DNA of 63,054 bases, counting the filler, from Sluysia triapertura (lineage: Eukaryota): the NCBI GenBank assembly GCA_046118255.1. It is 5 parts of 5 records of this genome, joined end to end, with 100 filler letters (N's around TTAATTAATTAA, not from the genome) between each part and the next. Parts side by side here need not be neighbours in the genome. Positions count along the whole stretch, not along the records: positions 51,508 to 63,054 come from JBJNIA010183457.1; 4 more parts are not named here. One strand, written 5' to 3'. A model generated the notes under the pieces. That model saw only the letters and a list, made by a program, of their open reading frames with translations. It ran no database searches and was not told the DNA's origin. Below, in pieces: positions 52,141-63,054 of this stretch. Within the stretch, counting starts at the first letter, position 1; each line of letters starts with the position of its first letter. The position numbers were made by a program, and so were the translations under genes.

Positions 52141-55100
52141 TTTAACTATTAATGAGAATAAAACGCATGCTCATTTTGTTAGGTTGATCAATTCCAAGAA
52201 AATTGTAGCAAACAAAAATTTAAATCGTTAGAGAATAATATTTCTAAGCATAACATTTCATAATCTTAATTATGTTGCTCGATTTTATGTTTTATAAATA
52301 AATATTTAGAATTTTACTTAATAAATTTAACAAGTAAAGATTTCAATCTTAATTTCATAAAATATTGTTTCTTTTATTTAATGAATAAACTTCATAAGAT
52401 TTTTATCTTTGTTTTCATTTTTATAAAAATTAATAAAATTAATCTTAAATTATTTGTAATAAATATAAAGATATTATGTAACCGACCAAATGGAAAATTG
52501 CAAAATTTGACTTTAAATTCGCATAGTCGTATTCGGCGAAACAATAATTCTTCGATTGTTGAAATAATTTGGTATTCGGAAACATTTCAAGCAATCTGCT
52601 TTACTCTTTTCTTCTGATTTTAATGTAAATTAGAATAAGTATATTATTATTAAGATAAGTATAATAATTATTATTTTGTTTAATTATTTAATTATTTTGT
52701 TTAAGTGGCTTAAGAAATATAGGGCAGTTTCAAGACCCTGCACTTTAGATGTCTATTTTTGCTTGATACTGCTCCGACACATTTTCCTTCGTGTCTCATG
52801 TGTCGGGCAACTATGAAAGGGTGAAAAATATATTATCGAAAAAACTTTATGAGTTTTCTATTGTGTCTTCGTCCTCATCTGACAATACACTGAATACTCT
52901 CGCACCGAATGCTTCCGTTAATATTATACAGCCTTCACCTATAATACATACTGACACAATTAAAAGACCCGAACCAAAATCTCAAAAATACGAAATCGAA
53001 GGCGTCGTCAATTAAAGAAGTTTTATAAGGTACAGGACGCATGAAAAAGAAAAAATACGAAACCACTTAACCATTTTTTAACTCCATAAACCTTTTAATA
53101 AATAAATATAACTTCTACTTTATAATTATTATTATTAATGTTATTAGCATGTGTATTATTATAGTTTTTTCATTTTAGCATATGTCCACTCAACCTGAGA
53201 TCGAGCTTTTAGACCAATATCGTACAGAAAATCTTAGTCCTCTTTTATTTCCACACCTATAGGTTCAAGAGTTAATTGAATATAAACCTGGAAACCCATA
53301 TAATTAACTTATTTCCTAAACAGTCCTCTTTATCTCACAATGAACTTGCTAATACTCCCACCTTCTTTTGATATACTGTCATTAAAATCACTCTGATTGT
53401 AGAGTGTATTCGCGGTTAAAAGATTCTTATTATTACAATAATACATAACTAAATCGCTATTCAAAAAATTTCACAATTATCAATACCACACAACACAAAA
53501 TTACAATACACGAAATTCACAGTCAATACCGAAAATCATCAAAGCTTTACTTAAAATATTAATTCATAACAGTACTAATTTAATCCAACATACTTTAAAT
53601 AAAATCACATTCCACGACACTTTAACTATGTTTCATCCAACCTCTTATATTTTATTTCTTTCAGATCCATTAAAACCAATTTTTATATCTCAAAACACTT
53701 AAGTCCACAAGTTTTAAACATCCAAACTGTACTTTCAGTTAAAACTATCAAATCACATTAAAAATTCATTTAAAATATTTCATTCATTAATCGATTCTAT
53801 ACCTCAGCACAACCCTCGACGACAACTACTCGCAATCATGGACACAAGTCTTCTCAGATGTTATCTTATTATAAAGATTCCTTTGATGTTATTCTTTGTG
53901 GTAGTTCCAGATTACGTTGTCTACGAACATTCTTTTATTTTCTTTAGGAGCTTTGAAAGATCATCATCGAAACATGCTCGAGAAATCATTTATGAAGAAC
54001 AAAATTTAAATTCAAATATTAAATTTTTTGTTAATTCAAATAAAATATACATCAAGTTTTTTTACTTCTCGATACATTATAATATAGAATTAAGTTTAAT
54101 TAGGAGCATCAAAGAACTTATAACCTTTCAACGCTTTATAACATGAAAAATAAATAATATATCAAAATTAGTTTATAAACATAGATGTAATTTCAAATTA
54201 AAAATTAAATATAATAAATTTCAATTAATACAACAACAAATCTTAAAAAAGAATAAAATAATAATTATATCAAAAAAATTAATAATCTGAAATTCAAAAT
54301 CTGGATTTGTATTTATCTTGATTAATTAATTATTTATATTATGAGAAATATTAACTGGTATTTTATCAATTGTACATAAAGAAAATTAATTATTTAATAT
54401 AAATTTTATGTAAACTCATTGATGGCTCGAAGAAGGCAATATTTAAAGCGAGAATTTTAAAAGTTAAGGACACAATATTTATTACGTTACTATCGATTTA
54501 CGTAAATTGGTTGTTTTGTCCTGATTATATATTCTGGTTTGGTAATCGAGAGATTATCTGATATATTTTGATCGAGATTTTTCAAGAAAACATTAATTGG
54601 GAATAGTTCGAGACTCTGCGATCGTGAAGTCGTATTGACAACAATTAAATAATCTTAATAATTTGCAGCTGTGAAAACTTTACGAGTCAATTGCAGTAAG
54701 AATTTCTTTTCTGTTAGCAGAAAAATAAAATCCACTCAAACTTATTAAACTAGAATCTAGTTGTTACTAGACACAATATAATTGTTAAATTAATTAATTA
54801 ATATTGTTACATTAATTGTATTATATTATATTAATAGTAATGTATTTTTTGTTACATTTTATCTTAATTTACTTATTTTTGTTATTTTGTTGTTAAGATA
54901 ATTTCTTAGATTTAACTAAAGAGTAATTTGAATTAAGGAAATTTTGAATTAATAACTGAAATAAAATTAATATAAAATAAATTATTTATTATTCTTTTAT
55001 TAGTTGTTGAAATGAAAAAAAATGAAGAACCAATAAGCGACATATTATCGTTACACTGTCACTAAGGAATACTAAAATAATAAGATTTATAATTATATAA

Positions 55101-57284
55101 AACTTGAGTAAAAGGATTATAAATAATCAAATTACATAGGAAAAGATTGAACCTAACTGGTAGAGGAATATTAGGAAGCCTTGCACGGACCTTGAAGAAT
55201 TTAAAAGAAGCGAAATTAAACTAAATTAAGAGAACCCCACAATATCGTCATTTAAATTAGTTATCATAGTGAGTTGTTACTAAGAATTGTAACTAAGAGG
55301 ATATTCGATGGCCACATTACTTAAGAAACTTAATTTCTAAGAGAAAATTAATGCTAAATTCTAAGGAACAATATTAGAAAAGACCTCGCAAAAAATCCTA
55401 AAAAAATAAGAAATTATTGAACCTTTATTTTTAATAATTACCTAAGAATACGTCGCGTCAGGTGAACCCCAATTGCACATTGTAATTTGCGTAAGTGTTA
55501 AAAGGAAAAATCATCAGCAAATTTTAATTTAAAAACCCAGTTAAATTTTAATTTAAATTCATTCGTAATAGTAACATCAACCGTAACATATCATCGACCA
55601 TATTTCCTGAATGTGCCATCTGCGGACTCTTATCTGACATTATATACATTATTTCATTCAATTTTATCAGCAAATGGCGATGAAGATAATAATGATCATT
55701 AAACAATACTACAGCATTTTAATTATATGCCATCACCAGGAATACTTTAAGTAATTCCTCCAATCTGCAATGGATTATGTTTGCAGCACTTAGAGCTTGT
55801 ATATATTTGTCATGTACCTCGATGTATATACACAACAATGACTTAACAGGAAAACATTGGACCCTAAATAACTATTAAACCTCATCAAAGAGAAATAAGC
55901 TCAAAAGTGCAAATTAGTTTATATACGAATCCTATATCAGCAAACACACTTGCTGTTACGATTTCAACTTGTCGTTCAAATATAAAACAACCAAAACTCA
56001 ATAAAAACTCAGATCATAAATTCAAATTCGATTATGTTCAAGCAGTTCGATTACCAATTCACAAATATATTTTCTTTTAATCTCGAACAATTCAATTACG
56101 AATATTCAAACATATTTTCTCGAACACTTACAAATATTGCTGTATGACTTTTAATTTCTTTTTATAATCAATTCCTTTCTATATTAAGTTCCATGAATAA
56201 GTACGGTTATTTGAATTAAGATTAATATAATCCTAACTTTAAATGGTAGGACATAAAATATCACTTAAAATCTATTAACTTCCCTAGACTTTAAAAAGGC
56301 TAGGTTAATTTAAATTAAAATCGATTTATTTCGAAACCTAAGAAGTAATCTTAAAGTTTTAAAATCAATATTAGTGTGATGTCCAACTTTATCACTCAAA
56401 ATTTTAACTCATCTCATCACACTAAAAATCACATTTTTGTAACACTTCAGCTTTTTATTCCAGCAAAAATCATCAAAATTGTAATTTAAATTCAAATATA
56501 ATAATAGTGATGTAAATGGAATTTCTTTTAACACCTTTATCTGCATTGTTACTCTTTTTTAATTCTACTTCACAACCTTCACTATATTTTCATTTTACCT
56601 TCGAAATATAAAAAAGATTTATACAGTTATCAAAATTTAAAGAAGAATATTAATTATAAAGAAAAGAAGAATTTATGCCTTTATATTTTTGTTTTTTATT
56701 TTATTTTTATTTTTCTTATTATTATTTACATTACTATATTTCATTATCATTATTATTACTAATTATTATTATCATTATTAATTATTTTTATTTTGTGCAT
56801 TTTTAATTATATGATCTGTCAAACACGGCAGCTTTTCAATTAAAATATTTCAACTTGACAAAAATCAATTTTACCTGCTTTGTGACAGGTAATCACGTTG
56901 ATTGATTTTACAATTTACTTGTATCAGAAAATTTATTGTGCTCACTTTTACTGGCCATCCATTGACATATATCTCAATTATTATTGTACAATTAATTTAG
57001 TTTCAAGTACAATAAATGATTTTGTAAATATATGCCACAATTAATTATTTTCATAAAAATTCTTACTCAATTATTGTAGTCTCAATTCAATCTCAATTAT
57101 TTTAAATAACAATTTTTCGATATCACAATTATTTTAGCAACAATTATTTGTTAGTTCAAAAACATTTAGTCTCAATCTCAATACAAGTTCAATCAATCTC
57201 AAGAATACATTAGTTTAAAAGCATTTTTAAAGATTTATACCTTCAGTTTATACTTATTACTTAATTGATTAAAAGTTATTTATA

Positions 57285-57640
57285 ATGAATTCTTATGATG
57301 AGATTTCAAATGATTGTGAAAAAATATTCTTGAAATCTGTAGAAGAATGCTCGAATCCTTAATGTAAATTTAGTTGTCAATATCTTCATCAAAATGCATA
57401 CATAACCTTCCCATTACCTACGTTATTACAAAACTGGTCAATGTCTTTATGGTACTTCAGATACCAGTCAGTGTCTTATGTATGGTCAACATTAAATATA
57501 TTCTCATGGGTTCGCAGATTTACGACAACCTTCCTATGATAACAAAAAATTTAATGGTGATTCCGAACGTATTGCTAATATATTATCCACATTAGAAATA
57601 AAGTTCTTCGATTATTGGCAACACACATCCGACTACTTCA
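57285..57640 (+). pseudogene. Unkempt-like CCCH zinc-finger pseudogene fragment B
   Basis: CQYLHQ / HYLRYYKTGQCLYGTSDTSQCLMYGQH*IYSHGFADLRQPSYD matches Unkempt YHLRYYKTG.C.HETD..G.C.KNGLHCAFAHGP.DLR.PVYD; stops and a frameshift. Confidence 0.78.
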
Positions 57641-58379
57641 AATGATCGAACATTAAACAAATTTGAACATTATATTAAAAATTAAGATTTATTCATTAAG
57701 GTAAACTATTATATTTTAGAATTTTATTTAGATTATTATGATTATAATTTCCTTTTTTATTAAGATATTCGAGTAGTATTTGGAGGTTAGCATATTCAAA
57801 GATCAATAAACAATTAATGTTACACAAACCTTTTGTTATAAAACATGTCTTTATTGAAAGTATAAATTTTTTTGTTGAATATATATTCAAGTTTTATTTT
57901 CAATCATTTTATTTATAAACAAATATCAGAAAAATTCAATGAAGTAAAAATTCTAATAGAAATAAATAAAGTCAATTTAATTAGTAACCTAAATAATTTA
58001 ATTAATTCGATAACAAATAAATCTGAAACAATTTATATACAGCTAAAGAAACTACCAAAATTACTATTATAATTGTTTTATCATTTTTGTCATACATTCG
58101 TTTTTATTGTAGATAATACATATTACCATATAACAAATTATTTTTCTTTTAATTTAAAGTACTGTACACTTCGTCAGACCGTAACAGACTGACTTAAAGT
58201 TCATATTAAAGTGACTAATTTTTTACACGAGACGATTTGTTCGTTCATGACCCTGACGTATTAGTTTACCAAAATTCGAGTAGAGCGAATTTTTACAGAT
58301 CTAAGTCGTATCTATTAGGCAAGCTAACCTTCAGATTATTTTGTAAGTGTAACTTTAAATTTTCTCAGCTTAAACACAT

Positions 58380-58760
58380 GCATTTTATTCTAAGTTTAAA
58401 GGTTTTATTATGGTTATAAAGTTGTTAAATACTTTTTAAGGTACTCAGGTGGTTCTAGATGTTTTCACCTTCACCACTCGGATTCATTTTTCTACTTTTT
58501 TATTTCAATTATTATATATTAAATTTATCTTTAATATTATTAACCATGACTTTAATTCTTGAATATTTTACAAGGTCATTCTAAGGTCGCGAAAGTCTTC
58601 ATAATGGTCTCGATACCCTACAAAGGTCTTTGGAACTCCAAGGTGTTCTTCGGTTTCAAAATGATTATAAACATTTTACTTTTCATTATATTATAATATC
58701 ATATTTCAGATATTTTATCAATTTTTCTTATGTATACTTTATTTTCTATATACTATAATG
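58380..58760 (-). repeat. Dispersed repeat family R1 (partial copy)
   Basis: gataccctacaaaggtctttggaactcca and tctagatgttttcaccttcac match the reverse complement of 42945-42975 and 48073-48093. Confidence 0.9.
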
Positions 58761-60057
58761 TCTGTCCTCAGACATTTAAAAAAATATCAAACCAATACGA
58801 CACGAAACACGACAGAAGAAATTCATTACATAGATTCTAATACAAAAGTCCATTCAAAAAAATTACAAAATTATAATTAATTATGAATCAATGAATATTA
58901 ATTTTCCAAACAAGGTCGAGAAGCACCAGTAAGCAATCAAAGCAATAGCAGAATACAGAATTATAAAAAGAATTCACTAATCCTTTATAGAGATTTGGAA
59001 AACAATACGAATAATAATACTAGGAATCTACTCACACTATCAAATTCCTTACAAAACACTCTGGTCGGTATACATTCAAATAACATCATTTATGAACAAG
59101 ACCCAAAATTAAATAATCAAACCAACAGCATCAATAGTGTTAAAGTAAAATTTTATAAATTATACCATAAAACCTCATTAGTTATATTTTTTGTTTTAGA
59201 TTTTAGAAATAGTTCAATTGTAACAAGGCATACTTTGGAAAAATTTGATTCAATAAATATAATGACAATTTTTAGTAATAAATTTTAAAAAATGTGTTGT
59301 TTTTATTATATTCTGTATCGCCCTCTGATAATATGTTATATAAATAATAATTTGAATAATTGTTATAAATTTTGTAATATTACTGTCCTATTTATCGAAA
59401 TCTTATTACTAAATGTTTCAAGAAGTAATAAACCTTCACCAATATTATTATTATTCTTTATTATTATTTTTATTATTATGAATATTTACAATAATTTATT
59501 AAATTTGAGTTATTTAATTTATAAGGTGGTATACGTTTTGTCAATAATTTCCATAAATCATCATAACAATTAAATTTAAAAAAATCGTTGCACTTTATTT
59601 TAGATAGAAAGGTTATCAAATTTGTAATTTACATACTTTAAACTTGAATTAGGAAAATTTATGTATTTAATATTAAACCTAGAATTATTTGAATTACATA
59701 AGTTAAGTTGTTATTTTCTCTTCCTCAAAAAATAGAATTAGCACTTCAAAAAAATGAATAAACAGAAAAATTGTTTTATTGACTGCATTAAGGTCAAACA
59801 ATCAGATAGCCAATTGTACTAAAATAAAGACAATGCTTTAATCATCATCTAAATTTACAGTTTACTTGTTTTGAAATTTTGAAACACTTTATGGAGTATT
59901 GTTATTTTTATAATCAATTCCTTTTATTTTGCTAAACCATAACTGTACAATTACTCGAAAATTAATCTAAATTGTTCAGACATTATTTAATACTAGTGAT
60001 AAAAGGAAAAAGGAAAAGTTCATAAAAATAACATACATACAAACGTACATACATATG

Positions 60058-60993
60058 TTAAAGTGTTGAGGGCGTCATTAAGAATTTTACTCTTCTTATC
60101 TGTTTAACACCTTTCTTAATTTTATATTTTTTTAATTTTCCAAAATTAATTTTTATTAAACATGAACAATTAATTAGTTTAAATTCAAAATTTATCAAAA
60201 AGGGCTTAAGGCCCGAATTAGTTAACCAGAAAAACACTAATATAATACTATAACGCACAGGATATATTAATAAAAAGTATAATAAAATTAAATAAATAAA
60301 CAAATAACGTAAATTAATAAACGAATTCGTCAATATATCTTTCAAACTTTTTTTTATGATTTGTCTACTGATTTCTTGACATAACTGTTCAGATTCTATA
60401 TCAGTATTCCGATAGCGCGTTCGAAGACTTTGAAGAGCTCTCTTAGCTGCTATTTTTTCTTTCTTGAAATAAAGTGAATATGATGGAAATGGTGTACAAA
60501 ATTGTAATCCAACAGCTTGCAATAATTCGCAAACAATAATTAATCGTTGAACAACTAAACGTATCCATGACACCTGACCATTTTTATTTATAAAATGTAG
60601 ACCGTGATCTTGTGTTACTAAGAAAAGTCGAAATGATAAATTATGGTCTTTCTTCCTAAAATCATTAATAAGTTTACCATTTATTACATCTCTAATTTTA
60701 AATTCGTAATTTGACTCATTTAACATAAACAAAACATCATCATAAGAATTTATGAAATTCAATTGTATGCTTGTCTTTTGAGCAACGTAGGTATTTCTAG
60801 TCACCAAATTCACAGCAGATGGAACCTTTTCACTTGAAAATACGATAAGGCGACGACTTGACACGCTATGCTTTTCAATATAATAGTAATTTGTTTCTCC
60901 AAGATATAAACGAAACCAATCAAATTTCGAAGCTTGATTTTCATGCAACGCGTTTGAGTGCAATATGACCATTAATAAAAGAAGAAACTTCAT
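60058..60993 (-). CDS. Orphan protein, 311 aa, with predicted signal peptide and C-terminal hydrophobic segment
   Basis: Longest ORF in the window; GCCATG start, MKFLLLLMVILHSNA signal-like N-terminus, hydrophobic YLFIYLILLYFLLIY...IILVFFWL; no recognised homology. Confidence 0.6.
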   Translation of the reverse strand: MKFLLLLMVILHSNALHENQASKFDWFRLYLGETNYYYIEKHSVSSRRLIVFSSEKVPSAVNLVTRNTYVAQKTSIQLNFINSYDDVLFMLNESNYEFKIRDVINGKLINDFRKKDHNLSFRLFLVTQDHGLHFINKNGQVSWIRLVVQRLIIVCELLQAVGLQFCTPFPSYSLYFKKEKIAAKRALQSLRTRYRNTDIESEQLCQEISRQIIKKSLKDILTNSFINLRYLFIYLILLYFLLIYPVRYSIILVFFWLTNSGLKPFLINFEFKLINCSCLIKINFGKLKKYKIKKGVKQIRRVKFLMTPSTL

Positions 60994-61059
60994 GGCTTTA
61001 TACGTAACTATAAGTTTTAGAAAAATCAATTTTATTATTAATTTTTTAATTATTGTAAT

Positions 61060-61631
61060 TTCAGGTTGAAAATGATCTAAAACATTGAGCAAATGTAAAT
61101 CGGTATAAGTTGGATATGACCCACACAAAAGATCTCCTTCACTTTCAATCATATAATCAGTTAATTTCTACAAACATCAAAAATAATTTAATTTACATAC
61201 TTGTAACAGTTTTGGCAAATGAGTTGAAATTAAAGTTTCTCTCAGCTCAACCTTCTTTTTTTACATGCTTCATGAATGATTTCAATCAAATAGTTCAAAA
61301 TATCTTCTACCTATAATTATAATAAAATGCCATCACATTTTAAATATTATTTACTGTGCATGATGCACGATCGGCTTTATAAACATCAACTTCATTATGT
61401 CCATCTAAATCATATTTCCGCGCAAAATATCTAGCTATTGCCATGCTTTCATTTAAATACTTCCCGTCAGGTAATTTAACAAGTGGTACTTGTACAAATG
61501 GAATTGTTGATTTTAACTCTAGCCATTCAGATAATTCAATGCGTTCATCATAAAAATCAACATTAGAAGTATGCAAAACATGTTTTATTATCACTTTTAA
61601 CTTTTGCATTAAAATAGGACAAATAAAATTT
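61060..61631 (-). pseudogene. Cytosolic glutathione S-transferase (sigma-like) pseudogene with introns
   Basis: KFYLSYFNAKVKS / FYDERI..SEW.ELKSTIPFVQVP...LNESMAIARYFARKYDLDG / LLCGSYPTYTDLHL; introns 61354-61311 (44 nt) and 61200-61168 (33 nt); two frameshifts (about 61590 and the T7 run at 61256-61262); C-terminal helix missing. Confidence 0.85.
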
Positions 61632-61673
61632 TAAAATAATCAATAAATAAATTATTACATTATATAAATATTT

Positions 61674-63054
61674 TCATTTAAGTTTTATTTTCAGATTCGC
61701 CATCACAACCACGTGACCTGGATAGGCTAAATTTTCTGCGGCTTCAAAAGTTATTGGACTCTCCAGATAATTTTTAATTAATTCAACTGTTGTATTTCTG
61801 CTTTGATTCTTTGCCACATCACTTAAAAATTAGAATATATTAATTTTAAATTTAAATATTAATTTTTAGTTATAGTGTTAAATTTAGTTCTTGATAAAAG
61901 TGAAATTTAAATTTAAGACAATATAAAATTTAAAGTTTATTTATATAATTAAATGGTATTGATTAAGTAGATATTTAAAAAGCTTGATTACGTAAAACAT
62001 ATCTTCTGTTTAACATATTTAAGTGGTTATGAAGTTTTCCTTGTAAATGAATGGCTTAGGAGAAATTCATGAAATTAAAAAATATAGGATATATTTATAA
62101 AATTTTTTCCGTGTAAAATATAAATATTGGTATTAAAGTCTCGGTATATGTGTACTTTAGGGGGTCAATAAAATAAATAATTAAAATAAATTAAAACTGA
62201 ATAATAATAAAAATAACTTACTTTACCAAAAAAATATTTATATTGTGTGTCAAAATCATACAAATTGTACCATCTAATTATAAGAAATAATGTACGAAAC
62301 ACAAAAGTAACAAAATGTTGTACAAAATAAAGTTTAATTATTTTTGATTTACAAATAATGATTGCGACAGTTCTGGTCCACTATATTATTCAATCATAAT
62401 TTTTAATAAAATTGAAGGTAAGTTGTTCTTACATTTTATACATCACTTTTGGTATACTTTAGCGAAGAAGATTCACTGATTGTAATAATTGTTTTGAAGT
62501 TATACATTAAGTTAATTAAAGAATTAAAGTTATTTGTTATTTTTATTATTATTATTCAATTTTAATTTATTTTAATTATTTTTATTCACCTCCCTAAGTA
62601 CACTTATGTATAAAGAACACATACAGTGGCGTGCATCCATGATTATCAATTGCATTTATCATGTATCCTAGTTTATCAGGATCTCCATGTTGCATTAAAT
62701 ACATAAGCAAATCTTCATGACCTTCTGAAGCAGCTAGATGAAGTGGTGTTTGACCATTAGCATCACAAATATCTGTAGCAGCCCCAAATCGAATTAATGC
62801 TTCTACACATGATATACGATCATGATATACAGCATATATAAGGGGAGTACATTGTAAACCTTTAGTTTCTGCCAGGTTGACATGAGAATGTTTATATCCA
62901 GTCTGTATTTTTAGTAACATTCGTAAGCAATGCAAATTTCCATGAGCAGCTGCTAAGTGAAGAGCAGTGCGACCTCGCTTATCTAATAATCGTTCAATTT
63001 GTGGATTGCGTGCCAGAACTGCTTCAAGACATTTATTATTACCTTTAATGCAAG
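61674..63054 (-). CDS. Ankyrin-repeat protein, 3' part (exons >63054-62625 and 61821-61674)
   Basis: DKRGRTALHLAAAHGNLHCLRML, CTPLIYAVYHDRISCVEALI, DANGQTPLHLAASEGHEDLL, DNHGCTPL; donor |gtatgt at 62624 splices in phase to ttttaag| at 61821, giving TPLDVAKNQSRNTTVELIKNYL...*. Confidence 0.9.

Noticed and set aside
52720-52820. PSCLMCR as a RING-finger remnant
   Set aside because: The other RING ligands cannot be placed convincingly.
60058-61152. 364-aa ORF as a single GST-like gene
   Set aside because: Only the first ~30 codons are GST exon sequence; the rest begins with its own ATG and signal peptide.

Overview
This is very AT-rich eukaryotic (animal) genomic DNA made of five unrelated contigs joined by artificial 100-bp spacers (44 N + TTAATTAATTAA + 44 N) at 11678, 25180, 37349 and 51408. 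Spliced host genes are recognisable as partial models: a VGLUT exon, two Hv proton-channel-like exons, the last exon of ECI2, the 5' four exons of POFUT2 (32-36 nt introns), an ankyrin-repeat gene and an orphan signal-peptide ORF. Tiny introns and low GC suggest a compact invertebrate genome such as the orthonectid Intoshia; this is inference only. The remainder is decayed transposons (Tc1/IS630, piggyBac, hAT, Ty3/gypsy-type gag, possible Ginger-type integrase), unclassified dispersed repeats, and many broken host-gene fragments (NDUFAF5, MCM7, GST, two Unkempt-like, 7TM-like, Vps39-like). Best novelty candidates: (1) a ~155-bp element with TGTT...AACA ends and copy-specific 4-bp target-site duplications that carries a tRNA-Ala-like Pol III cassette (two copies); (2) a 4.9-kb element with ~190-bp terminal inverted repeats and a 4-bp TSD; (3) a possible gene-capture process behind the pseudogene fragments. 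All protein identifications come from manual translation and recalled motifs, not database searches.
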